From positions 141,209 to 205,208 of the forward strand of contig CAYSEI010000002.1 of NCBI GenBank assembly GCA_964430265.1: a stretch of DNA of 64,000 nt, given 5' to 3'. Numbering within the stretch: position 1 is the stretch's first letter; the number at the start of each line of letters is the position of its first letter. Source of the stretch: an uncultured Pseudomonadales bacterium. GTDB lineage: Bacteria; Patescibacteriota; Microgenomatia; UBA1400; CAYXSR01. The position numbers and the translations under genes were made by a program. Below are positions 50,636 to 60,034 of this stretch, piece after piece. Below the pieces are notes generated by a model. The model was not told the origin of the DNA. It was given only the letters and a program-made list of their open reading frames with translations, and ran no database searches.

Positions 50636-50833
50636 ATGAAACAGAAAGTAATAAAAGTCGGGAACAGTATCGGAGTTACTGTGCCTTCAAGTTTTGTTAA
50701 AGGCGTTGGGATTAAGGTGGGAGATTCTGTGGATGTAAGGACAAAAGTAGTTACTGGAGAAATTATCTACAAATTTTCCGGTGCTCAACAATTACCATTG
50801 TCCTCAGAACTGAAGGAAAAAGAAACGGCTTAA
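50636..50833 (+). CDS. AbrB/MazE/SpoVT-family protein
   Basis: KVIKVGNSIGVTVP..GIKVGDSV. Confidence 0.88.
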   Translation: MKQKVIKVGNSIGVTVPSSFVKGVGIKVGDSVDVRTKVVTGEIIYKFSGAQQLPLSSELKEKETA

Positions 50834-50839
50834 TAAATA

Positions 50840-52204
50840 ATGAGACAAAAAAGATCAAGAAAAATACTATTACTGGTTGTTTTTTTACTGGGACTGACAA
50901 TTTTAATAGACTTGCCTAAGAACTTACAGATTAAAATAAACAAAGGACCAATAAAAATAGACACCAAAATCTCCTCCCCGGAAATTAATTTTCAGTTAGG
51001 TGATTTCAAATTCCAAAGAGATTTAACAGTAAAAAAAGGTTTGGACTTACAAGGTGGAACCCATTTAGTTTTGGAAGCGGACATGAATAATATAAGCGAA
51101 GAAAACCGTGAACAAGCTTTAGCTTCGGCAAGAGATGTTATTAACAGAAGGGTAGATTTATGGGGAGTGTCAGAAGCAAATATTCAAACAGCTAAGACAG
51201 AAGATAAATACAGGATAATTGTTGAGATGCCGGGAATAGAAAATGTTGACCAAGCAATTGACTTGATAGGTAAAACTGCTCAACTGCAGTTTAAGAAACC
51301 ACCGGAAGAAGACAAAGAGTCAACTGCTTCAGCAGCTGCACAAATATTTAATTTTCAGGAAACTCAACTGACTGGATCAGATTTAAAAAAAGCTGAAGTG
51401 CAATTCAACCCACAGACGGGTGAACCAGTAGTTGGTTTATCTTTTAATTCAGAAGGAACCAAAGAATTTGCCGAATTAACAAAAAACCACCAAGGAGAAA
51501 GAATAGCAATTTTTCTTGACCAAGCTCCTTTGATGGCGCCGGTAGTTAATGAACCCATCTTGGATGGGAAAGCAATGATATCCGGAAATTTTGATGTTAA
51601 ACAAGCAAAGCAATTGGCAATCCAACTTAATGCAGGAGCTCTTCCGGTTCCTTTGGAAGTTATACAGCAAAAAACAATTGGAGCTACATTGGGTGACCAG
51701 GCAGTGCAAAGAAGTGTATATGCAGGAATCCTAGGGTTGGCAATTGTTGGTCTATTTATGATTTCTTTATATGGACTACCCGGGTTTCTTGCAGATATCG
51801 GTTTAATAATTTATGGACTGATAAGCCTGGCTATATACAAATTAGTACCAATTACCCTTACTTTACCCGGAATTACAGGGTTTATTTTATCAGTGGGGAT
51901 GGCGGTAGACTCCAACATCCTAATTTTTGAAAGAATGAAGGAAGAATTAAGAATGGGTAAACCTTTTAATACTGGATTGGAATTAGGTTTTGGCCGTGCT
52001 TGGGATTCTATAAAAGACGCAAATGTATGTACATTAATTACCTGCTTTGTACTTTTAAACCCCTTTAATTGGACTTTTTTAAATACTTCAGGGGTAGTCA
52101 GAGGATTTGCAGTTACTTTGGGATTAGGGTTATTTATTAGTTTATTTACAGGAATAGTAGTGACCAGAACATTGTTAAGGGTTTTTTATAAGGAGAAAAA
52201 ATGA
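50840..52204 (+). CDS. secD: Protein translocase subunit SecD
   Basis: GLDLQGG, AGALPVP, GMAVDSNILIFER, DAN. Confidence 0.98.
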   Translation: MRQKRSRKILLLVVFLLGLTILIDLPKNLQIKINKGPIKIDTKISSPEINFQLGDFKFQRDLTVKKGLDLQGGTHLVLEADMNNISEENREQALASARDVINRRVDLWGVSEANIQTAKTEDKYRIIVEMPGIENVDQAIDLIGKTAQLQFKKPPEEDKESTASAAAQIFNFQETQLTGSDLKKAEVQFNPQTGEPVVGLSFNSEGTKEFAELTKNHQGERIAIFLDQAPLMAPVVNEPILDGKAMISGNFDVKQAKQLAIQLNAGALPVPLEVIQQKTIGATLGDQAVQRSVYAGILGLAIVGLFMISLYGLPGFLADIGLIIYGLISLAIYKLVPITLTLPGITGFILSVGMAVDSNILIFERMKEELRMGKPFNTGLELGFGRAWDSIKDANVCTLITCFVLLNPFNWTFLNTSGVVRGFAVTLGLGLFISLFTGIVVTRTLLRVFYKEKK

Positions 52205-53079
52205 ATTTTGTAAAGTTTAGATGGCTATATTTTGCAATTTCACTGATTTTGCTGGTTTCCAGCATTTTCTCTCTTGCAAACTGGGGTTTAAAACCGGCAA
52301 TTGATTTTACTGGCGGCAGTATTTTGGAAATCAAATTTGAAAAACAAAATGTCCAAGAAAAAGTAAGAGAAATAGTCCAAGAAAATCAGGACATTGAACT
52401 AGACTCTTTACAAAAATCAGATGACAACACTTATTTGCTTCGAATGAAAACAATTAACAAAGATAAGAAAAATACACTTATAAAAAGTTTTGAAGAACAA
52501 ATTGGTCAAAATGAGGAAGTTCGCTTTATTACGGTTGGTCCTAGTATAGGTAGGGAATTAATCAGAAAAACAATTTTTGCAGTAATCTTGGCGGCCGGAT
52601 TTATTATGCTTTATGTTGCACTGCGTTTTAAAGACAAAAAATTCGGAGTATGTGCAATTCTGGCAATGTTTCACGACTCCCTGATTTTAATAGGAACGTT
52701 TGCATTTATGGGAGGTTTTTTTGGAGTTGAGGTAGATACATTGTTTGTTACCGCAGTCTTAACAACTCTTTCCTTATCAGTCCATGATACTGTTGTTGTT
52801 TATGATCGCGTCAGGGAGGCAAAAAAGCTTTTTGCTAGAGCAAGTTTAAAAGAACTGGTAAATAAAGCAATTGCTGAAACATTAAACCGCTCAATTATTA
52901 ACTCTTTAACCATTATCTTTATGCTGCTTTCTCTTTGGCTTTTTGGTGGTGAAACAATTCAGTGGTTTGTGTTTGCCCTTTTAGTGGGAACAATCCTGGG
53001 AACGTATTCTTCTACCTTTATAGCAGCGCCATTGCTTGTTTTGTGGGAAAATATAAAAAACAAAAAAAATAACAATTAA
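52201..53079 (+). CDS. secF: Protein translocase subunit SecF
   Basis: IDFTGG, HD, DTVVVYDRVRE, GTYSS. Confidence 0.98.
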   Translation: MNFVKFRWLYFAISLILLVSSIFSLANWGLKPAIDFTGGSILEIKFEKQNVQEKVREIVQENQDIELDSLQKSDDNTYLLRMKTINKDKKNTLIKSFEEQIGQNEEVRFITVGPSIGRELIRKTIFAVILAAGFIMLYVALRFKDKKFGVCAILAMFHDSLILIGTFAFMGGFFGVEVDTLFVTAVLTTLSLSVHDTVVVYDRVREAKKLFARASLKELVNKAIAETLNRSIINSLTIIFMLLSLWLFGGETIQWFVFALLVGTILGTYSSTFIAAPLLVLWENIKNKKNNN

Positions 53080-54479
53080 TCTTTTTTTAATTCTTTTGCA
53101 ATTTCCTTTATTCTGTTAACCAGATCTTTACGATTGTTTTTTGAAGCATCCTCCATTACCTCTTTAAAAAGCTTTTCCAAAACTTTACCAACAATAGGTC
53201 CGGGATCAATATCCAGAATTTCTGCAACATCATTACCATCTACTTTAAGGTCTTTAATCTCCATAGGAGTATACATTAACTTACCCACTCTTTCTTGTAG
53301 TTCTCTAAGCCTCCAGGAGGTTGCTTTACTACCTCCTCCGCGTCGGTCACCAATACGAAGCATCATCATCTTATTAATATTTTCTTTTCCGACTCGTTTG
53401 ATAAAGCGTCTTATGGCAGCGTCTGTCATTTCTGGATTATAGGAAAACATATGAAAGCGGACCAATTTATATAAAAGCTCTTTTTGTTCATTACTCAGTT
53501 TGAAACGCTCAGCAATTTTTTTGGCAATTCTTCCTCCAACTACCTCATGATTATAAAAGGTTATTTCTTCACCTATTTTTCTAAATGTCGGCGGTTTACC
53601 GACATCATGTAAAAGTGTAGCAAATAAAACAATCGGATCATTTGAAGGACAGCCGTCTAGTCCGTCCAATGTGTGATTCCAAACGTCTTTAGTATGGTGT
53701 CCGCTCTGCTCAACTCCTTTCATTGCCAAAAGTTCAGGCAGAAAATGACTTAAGAGATTAGCAGAATGCAATAAACGGATTCCGTCACCCGGGTAATCGG
53801 ATTTTAATATTTTAAAAAATTCATCCCTGATTCTTTCCATGCTGATTTTATTAATCAAATCAGCGTTATTTTTTATTGCATCTAAGGTTTCTTCTTCAAT
53901 TGTAAAGCCAAGCTCTGCTGCAATGCGGATTGCACGCATCATTCTTAAAGCATCTTCGGAAAAACGCTTGTCAGGATCTCCGACTGCACGGATTAACCTT
54001 TTTTCCAGATCTTCTTGTCCGTTAAAAGGATCAACAATTTCTGTTTTTTTATTAGATTTTAATGCCATAGCATTAATAGTAAAATCTCGTCTTTTTAAAT
54101 CCTCTTCTAAAGTTTTACCCCACTTAACGTTATCCGGTCTTCTAAAATCGGAATACTCAGATTCGCTTCTGAATGTGGTTATTTCAAAAACATCCTCTGG
54201 GTTAATACCTTCTTCTTTCCAATTGTATTTTTCAATACCAAACTGTTCAGTCAATTCTTCACCAGTAATTCCTACGGTGCCAAATTGATTAGTGTAAAAA
54301 CTTTCAGGGAACAACTTTTGAATTTCTTCAGGTATCGCATCAGTTGTAAAATCCCAGTCATAAGTAGGTTTGCCAAGTAAAATATCCCTGATTGCACCAC
54401 CGACAACATATGCCTCAAAACCGGCTTCTTCAAGTGTTTGCAAAACATTATTAACTAGTGTTGGGATTTTAAGTTTCAT
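53076..54479 (-). CDS. cca: CCA tRNA nucleotidyltransferase with HD domain
   Basis: VGGAIRD, DWD, RRDFTINA, EDALRMMR, LLHDVGK. Confidence 0.93.
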   Translation of the reverse strand: MKLKIPTLVNNVLQTLEEAGFEAYVVGGAIRDILLGKPTYDWDFTTDAIPEEIQKLFPESFYTNQFGTVGITGEELTEQFGIEKYNWKEEGINPEDVFEITTFRSESEYSDFRRPDNVKWGKTLEEDLKRRDFTINAMALKSNKKTEIVDPFNGQEDLEKRLIRAVGDPDKRFSEDALRMMRAIRIAAELGFTIEEETLDAIKNNADLINKISMERIRDEFFKILKSDYPGDGIRLLHSANLLSHFLPELLAMKGVEQSGHHTKDVWNHTLDGLDGCPSNDPIVLFATLLHDVGKPPTFRKIGEEITFYNHEVVGGRIAKKIAERFKLSNEQKELLYKLVRFHMFSYNPEMTDAAIRRFIKRVGKENINKMMMLRIGDRRGGGSKATSWRLRELQERVGKLMYTPMEIKDLKVDGNDVAEILDIDPGPIVGKVLEKLFKEVMEDASKNNRKDLVNRIKEIAKELKKD

Positions 54480-54525
54480 AGTGTAAGATAGTTAAATGTA
54501 AACAACATTATAATTATATCAGAAC

Positions 54526-56235
54526 ATGAAAAAATATTGGGAAATTAAACACAAAATAGCAGAAGAAATTCAAGATCCGGAAAAAAGAATAGAAAAAATT
54601 ATTCAAAACCTTCTTAAAAGTAGGGGGTTAAAAAAAGAGGAAAAAGAAAAATTCTTTAAGCCTCAGCATCCTCAGGATATTGATCTTAATGAGCTTAAAA
54701 TTCTTAAGAAAGAAGTAAAAAAAGCGATCAAAAGAATAAAAAAAGCAATTAAAAACAAAGAAAAAATTCTTGTATACGGAGATTATGATGCAGACGGTAT
54801 CTGTGCTTCAGCAATTCTTTGGGAAACCTTGGATGTTTTAGGAGCAGATGCTTTGCCTTTTATGCCTTTAAGGGAAGAGCATGGATATGGAATAAACCAA
54901 AAAGGGATTAAAGACCTTTTAAAAAAACATCCCCGATGTAAACTGATTATTACAGTTGATAATGGTATTGTTGCTCACGAAGGAATAGAGTTTGCTAAGA
55001 AAAAAGGTATTGATGTAATTATTACCGACCACCACCAAAAAGAAGAAAAACTGCCTGAGGCAGAGGCAATTGTTTGGTCAGACGAGATAGCTGGTGCTGG
55101 GGTTGCTTGGTTTTTTGTCAGGGAAATAATAAAAGAATTAAAAAAAGAAGAAATAAAAGAGAAATTAAACTCCGAATTGCTGGCGTTTTCGGCAATCGGG
55201 ACTATAACCGATATGATGCCGCTTGTAGGCATCAACCGCTCTTTTGTAAAGTACGGTCTAAAGCAATTGAGTAAAATAGACAAAGAAGGACTTCAAGCTC
55301 TATATGAAGAAGCAGGAATTAGAGAAAAAGAAATTAGCACCTATGAAGTCGGCTTCATTATTGGACCCCGGATGAATGCAATGGGCAGACTTGATGATGC
55401 TTTGGAAGCGCTCAGGCTTTTATGTACTAAAGACTGCAAAAGAGCAAGAAATCTTGCTAATATTTTGGGAAAAACCAATCGTGAAAGGCAGGATTTAACA
55501 CAGCAAACATATATTCATGCTCAAAGCATGGCAGGAGAAGTTAAACAAGAAAAAATTCTTTTAATCGGTGATGCTTCTTATGATCCGGGAATTATTGGTT
55601 TAGTTGCCAGCAAGCTTTCCCGCAGATTTTACAAACCATCCTTGGTTTACAGTAGAGGAGAGGAGCTTACCCGAATTTCTGCACGTTCAGTAAAAGGATT
55701 TAATATTATTGAATCTCTTAGAGGGTTCTCTGACTTGTTTGAAGATTTAGGTGGTCATCCGATGGCAGCGGGAATGGCAATTAAAACAGAGAATCTAGGT
55801 AAATTAGAACAAGAACTGAAAAAACTAGCTGAAGAAAAAATTACAAAAGAAATGCTTAAGCCGATTTTAGAAATAGAATGTGAAATCAAATTAAGTGATA
55901 TTTCTTGGAATTTTTATAATGAATTGGAACAGTTTTCGCCTTTTGGGTACGGCAATCCCAATCCCGTGTTTATGATACCTAATTTAAGAATTTTGGAAAT
56001 CCGTAAAGTTGGTAGCAACGGTAATCATTTAAAAATAAAATTTGACGATCCAAAAACTCCAGAAATTGAAGATACGGTTGGTTGGATTGATGCAATCGGA
56101 TTTAATCAAGGCTTCTGGGATGAAAAAGTAAACGCAGGAGACAATGTAGATGTTGCTTTTCAATTGGATAAAAATACTTGGAACGGAAATACTTCTTTAC
56201 AAATGAAAATTAAGGAGATAAGGATTCCTGCTTGA
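54526..56235 (+). CDS. recJ: ssDNA exonuclease RecJ
   Basis: GDYDADG, TVDNG, TDHH, SARS, GGHPMAAG, PFGYGNP. Confidence 0.98.
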   Translation: MKKYWEIKHKIAEEIQDPEKRIEKIIQNLLKSRGLKKEEKEKFFKPQHPQDIDLNELKILKKEVKKAIKRIKKAIKNKEKILVYGDYDADGICASAILWETLDVLGADALPFMPLREEHGYGINQKGIKDLLKKHPRCKLIITVDNGIVAHEGIEFAKKKGIDVIITDHHQKEEKLPEAEAIVWSDEIAGAGVAWFFVREIIKELKKEEIKEKLNSELLAFSAIGTITDMMPLVGINRSFVKYGLKQLSKIDKEGLQALYEEAGIREKEISTYEVGFIIGPRMNAMGRLDDALEALRLLCTKDCKRARNLANILGKTNRERQDLTQQTYIHAQSMAGEVKQEKILLIGDASYDPGIIGLVASKLSRRFYKPSLVYSRGEELTRISARSVKGFNIIESLRGFSDLFEDLGGHPMAAGMAIKTENLGKLEQELKKLAEEKITKEMLKPILEIECEIKLSDISWNFYNELEQFSPFGYGNPNPVFMIPNLRILEIRKVGSNGNHLKIKFDDPKTPEIEDTVGWIDAIGFNQGFWDEKVNAGDNVDVAFQLDKNTWNGNTSLQMKIKEIRIPA

Positions 56236-56704
56236 GGCTAGCTATTTGCAGGATTGGAGGAAGATTTTTGCCAAAATTTTTGGTTACCCTCATTTGATTG
56301 GGAGCATCTGGAAAAGTAATTCCAAAATCATCAATCTTTATTGAATCTTCACCATTGATAATTTTTTTAGCTGAATCAAGAAAGGCATCAACACTAGAAA
56401 AATCATAGTCAGCACTTAATAAACTTTCTGCAACTTCAGAAGAAACCCCTAGTATATTATAGTTATCTTTGACTCGCTTTATTTGATTTTCAATCTCTTT
56501 TTTTTCAGTTTTTAAAGCACTTCTCAAAATTTGTTCAGTAACATCTTCAGAGGATATATCCAAACAAGAATAAAAAATCCCTGCCCAGACAAGTGCATTA
56601 GGATGTAGTTGTCTGGTTTTTTCAGCAATTTCTGCTCTTTCTAAATCAATTAGATCAAGATCTTTTTTTGGTGTTCTTGGAGGCATTCTTTCAATTAAAA
56701 CCAT
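56210..56704 (-). CDS. Hypothetical protein
   Basis: 164-codon ORF with SD-like gaagga and its own promoter; no recognisable motif. Confidence 0.65.
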   Translation of the reverse strand: MVLIERMPPRTPKKDLDLIDLERAEIAEKTRQLHPNALVWAGIFYSCLDISSEDVTEQILRSALKTEKKEIENQIKRVKDNYNILGVSSEVAESLLSADYDFSSVDAFLDSAKKIINGEDSIKIDDFGITFPDAPNQMRVTKNFGKNLPPILQIASLKQESLSP

Positions 56705-56720
56705 TCTGTCCTTCAAATTT

Positions 56721-56811
56721 AAAAACCACCCTGTCCGGATGGTTTATTAATATTAGCTATGCATATACATAGCTAATAAGTATAATAGCATACAGGTATT
56801 TAAAATGTCAA
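56721..56811 (-). promoter_or_regulatory. Promoter, perfect hairpin and terminator-like hairpin in the leader of the 56704 gene
   Basis: TTGACA 56811-56806; tattagctatg/catagctaata 56751-56778; aaaccatcc-ggaca-gggtggttttt 56745-56721. Confidence 0.65.
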
Positions 56812-56840
56812 GATATGCTTTGTATATTTAAAGTAATAAT

Positions 56841-57380
56841 TTAGGTTAATAATGGATGGCCGTCGCCACTTATTGGCAGTACGTTATGAACCAATAACGT
56901 TTGGCAGACTGCTTGTTTTTTGGGATCCAGTTTTAATAAACTAATTTCACCGGAAAAACAATCTATTAGTGCAAAAGCAATAGGTCTGGAAGGACTGGTA
57001 GCTAAATGCCCGGACATAACATGTTTATCAGAATCCCAATAAATTTTTGATACCCTCCGCATATCAGCATGTAAAGTTTTTCTTCCATCCTCGTTTTCGG
57101 TTCCAATATCTATTTGTAGTTCATTTCTTGATTCATCCAAAATAAAAAATGACGATAAAACTATATCCAAGCGCGGTCTTCTTTTTTCTATGGCAGTATT
57201 TTTGTTCATGTAGAAACTTAAAAATTCTCTGCTTCTTTGATCATTTTGCAGTTTATTTTGCCACAGCCGGATAATAGGATTTAATTTTGGTGACTGCCAT
57301 ACCAGAGGAAGGCGGTATGAAACTATTTCAGGCTGTTCTATTGTTGGTTCAAGATTTAATTTTTTTAGTTGTTCTTTCAT
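56841..57380 (-). CDS. Hypothetical protein
   Basis: 179-codon ATG ORF downstream of a promoter and attenuator; no recognisable motif. Confidence 0.65.
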   Translation of the reverse strand: MKEQLKKLNLEPTIEQPEIVSYRLPLVWQSPKLNPIIRLWQNKLQNDQRSREFLSFYMNKNTAIEKRRPRLDIVLSSFFILDESRNELQIDIGTENEDGRKTLHADMRRVSKIYWDSDKHVMSGHLATSPSRPIAFALIDCFSGEISLLKLDPKKQAVCQTLLVHNVLPISGDGHPLLT

Positions 57381-57432
57381 TATTTTAAATTAAAAAGCTG
57401 TTTATAAAATCTAAATCAATAAATTTTTAAAT

Positions 57433-57459
57433 AAAAAAACCTCCCGTTTTGGGAGGTTT
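57433..57459 (-). terminator. Intrinsic terminator in the 5' leader (attenuator 3:4 helix)
   Basis: aaacctccc-aaaac-gggagg followed by T7. Confidence 0.85.
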
Positions 57460-57484
57460 AAATTCTTTAAATATTTATAAGCTC

Positions 57485-57577
57485 TTACTTTTTAACAACC
57501 TCCCCTTCAGAGCTTAGGCTCCAAATAAGAAAGTTGTTAATAAAAATAAATTGGTTGTAAGAACTTTTATGTTGCAT
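57485..57577 (-). CDS. Putative leader peptide, 30 aa (MQHKSSYNQFIFINNFLIWSLSSEGEVVKK)
   Basis: ATG..TAA ORF between a TTGACA-18-TATTTT promoter and the terminator, overlapping the alternative helices. Confidence 0.65.
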   Translation of the reverse strand: MQHKSSYNQFIFINNFLIWSLSSEGEVVKK

Positions 57578-57678
57578 AACTAATACATAAAATACCAATA
57601 GTCAGTTCTCCTTGTCAAGAGGAAATATAAATAATAAAATAGGGAATTAGACTTACTTATTAATTTAAAAAGGTATCT

Positions 57679-59049
57679 ATGTCTCGCACGCTTGCAGCTG
57701 AAACTCCTGAAAAAGTAGGCAAAGAAGTAGTTTTAAAAGGCTGGGTGGATACGAGAAGGGACCATGGAAAAATTGTTTTTATTGATCTTCGTGACAGAAC
57801 CGGCAAAGTTCAGATAGTTACGGATAAAGTACCGCAGGGACTAGGCAACGAGTTTGTAGTACAAGTAAAAGGGATTATCAAAAAAAGACCGGGAAACATG
57901 ATAAATCCGGATCTTAAAAGCGGGACGGTTGAAGTTAAAGCAAGTGAAATTAAAATATTGGCAAAATCCAAAGAACTGCCTTTTCCTATTAATACGGATG
58001 GATACAAGATTGATGAAAAACTGCGTTTAAAATACCGTTATCTTGACTTAAGAAGGCCTCGGTTAACACACAATTTACGTTTGCGTGATAAAGTAATCAG
58101 CTATATTCGTCAGTACTTGCATGAAAAGGATTTTATGGAAATAGAAACCCCTTATTTATCCAAATCCACACCCGAGGGAGCACGGGATTTTATTGTCCCA
58201 TCACGTTTACAGCCGGGTAAAGTTTATGCTCTTCCGCAAAGCCCGCAGCAATATAAACAATTGTTGATGGTGGCCGGGTTTGAAAAATATTTTCAAATTG
58301 TGCGCTGTTTTAGAGATGAGGATCCAAGAGCTGATCGTGCTTATGGTGGATTTGCCCAGCTTGATTTGGAAATGTCTTTTACTACACAGGATGAGATACT
58401 TGATTTAACTGAACAACTGATGATTGAACTGACGGAAAAAGTGGTAGGTAAAAAGGTGTATAAAAAGCCTTTTCCGCGGATTACATATAAAGAGGCAATG
58501 AAAAAATACGGAGCTGATAAATTTGATATGAGAGAAAAAAAAGATCCTAATGTTTTAGCTTTTGCCTGGGTTATTGATTGGCCTTTGTTTGAGAAAACTG
58601 AAAACCGGGAAATCTCTCCGGCACACCATCCTTTTACTGCACCTAAAGACGAAGATATTCATTTGTTAGACAGCAATCCGATGAAAGTGCGTTCTTGGCA
58701 GCATGACTTGGTCTGCAATGGTTTGGAAGTCGGGGGTGGTAGTATCAGGATAACAGACCCTGAAATTCAGACTAAAATATTTGAAATATTAGGACACAGC
58801 AAAAAAGAAATCAAGCAAAAATTTGGCCATCTTTTGCAGGCATTTGAATACGGTGTTCCTCCGCATGGAGGGATTGCACCCGGAATTGAAAGGTTAATGA
58901 TGGTATTTGCTAATGAACAAAATATTCGGGAAACTGTTGCAATGCCTATAACTTCTTCCGGAAACACGGCAGTAATGGATGCACCTTCAAAAATAAAAGA
59001 GGAGCAGTTAAAAGAATTAGGGCTTAAATTAGCTGATGAAGATAACTGA
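57679..59049 (+). CDS. aspS: Aspartyl-tRNA synthetase, short form without the GAD insert
   Basis: RRDHG..FIDLRD, PEGARDF, LPQSPQ, CFRDED, GGGSIRI, PPHGGIA. Confidence 0.97.
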   Translation: MSRTLAAETPEKVGKEVVLKGWVDTRRDHGKIVFIDLRDRTGKVQIVTDKVPQGLGNEFVVQVKGIIKKRPGNMINPDLKSGTVEVKASEIKILAKSKELPFPINTDGYKIDEKLRLKYRYLDLRRPRLTHNLRLRDKVISYIRQYLHEKDFMEIETPYLSKSTPEGARDFIVPSRLQPGKVYALPQSPQQYKQLLMVAGFEKYFQIVRCFRDEDPRADRAYGGFAQLDLEMSFTTQDEILDLTEQLMIELTEKVVGKKVYKKPFPRITYKEAMKKYGADKFDMREKKDPNVLAFAWVIDWPLFEKTENREISPAHHPFTAPKDEDIHLLDSNPMKVRSWQHDLVCNGLEVGGGSIRITDPEIQTKIFEILGHSKKEIKQKFGHLLQAFEYGVPPHGGIAPGIERLMMVFANEQNIRETVAMPITSSGNTAVMDAPSKIKEEQLKELGLKLADEDN

Positions 59050-60034
59050 GAAAATATTTGATAAAAAAAAGTTCTTGCAGTTTTGGCAATGGTTGAATAA
59101 ACAAAAAAGGTTAAAAATTAACTTTTTCCTGCTTTTGGGTTTAATCAGTCTTACCCCAACGCAAAACTATTATTCAAAGCTTGAAATCCAGCCCGGCCGA
59201 CCGGTTCTTAGACAAACGGATTTAGAGGTAGAAAAAATTTCTGACTACCCGGTTAATGTAACCAATAAGAATGCCCCCAGAATTTCTGCTTCATCAGTCT
59301 TAATAGTTGATAAGGATTCCAAAGCAATTATCTTTCAAAAAAATCCGGATTTACAACTTTTCCCAGCGTCAATTACCAAAATTATGACAGCACTTGTTGT
59401 TTTGGATAACTACCAACTGGATAAAGAAATTACAGTAGAAGAATCATACAAAGTAGGAATGATAATGGGGCTGGAAAAGGGAGAAATAGTAACAGTTAGA
59501 AGTCTTTTAAAAGGAATGCTGATTGGATCTGCAAATGATGCAGCAATAACTCTTGCCAGACAAGACGCTAATGGAATAATTGGGTTTGTTGAAAAAATGA
59601 ACCAAAAAGCAGAAGAACTTAATTTAGAAAATACCCATTTTACCAATCCGATTGGTTTGGACGAACAAGGCCATAAAACAACAGTACACGATTTAATGGT
59701 TTTAACTGATATTGCCTTGGACAATGAACTTTTTAAACAATTAGTGGGGATAAAAAGAGTGATAATAAAAAGTAATGGAATTGGAGACACAGAAAAGCAA
59801 TATAATCTGGAGAATATTAACCAATTATTAGGAAATATAAAAGGACTTAAAGGAGTTAAAACCGGCTGGACGCAATATGCAGGAGAATGCCTTGTTTCTT
59901 GGACAGAAAGAGATGCTCACGGTATTTTAGTTGTGGTTTTAGGAAGTGCTGACCGGTTTGGAGAAACACAATTATTAACTGAATGGGTATTTGAAAACTT
60001 TGAATGGGAAGCTATTGATACCACTCTTCAGTAA
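59036..60034 (+). CDS. D-alanyl-D-alanine carboxypeptidase (peptidase S11)
   Basis: PASITK, SAND, KTG. Confidence 0.95.
   Translation: MKITEKIFDKKKFLQFWQWLNKQKRLKINFFLLLGLISLTPTQNYYSKLEIQPGRPVLRQTDLEVEKISDYPVNVTNKNAPRISASSVLIVDKDSKAIIFQKNPDLQLFPASITKIMTALVVLDNYQLDKEITVEESYKVGMIMGLEKGEIVTVRSLLKGMLIGSANDAAITLARQDANGIIGFVEKMNQKAEELNLENTHFTNPIGLDEQGHKTTVHDLMVLTDIALDNELFKQLVGIKRVIIKSNGIGDTEKQYNLENINQLLGNIKGLKGVKTGWTQYAGECLVSWTERDAHGILVVVLGSADRFGETQLLTEWVFENFEWEAIDTTLQ

Noticed and set aside
57381-57678. T-box riboswitch for aspS
   Set aside because: The terminator's U-tract is on the minus strand facing the orphan gene, upstream of the aspS promoter, and no T-box consensus is present on the aspS strand.
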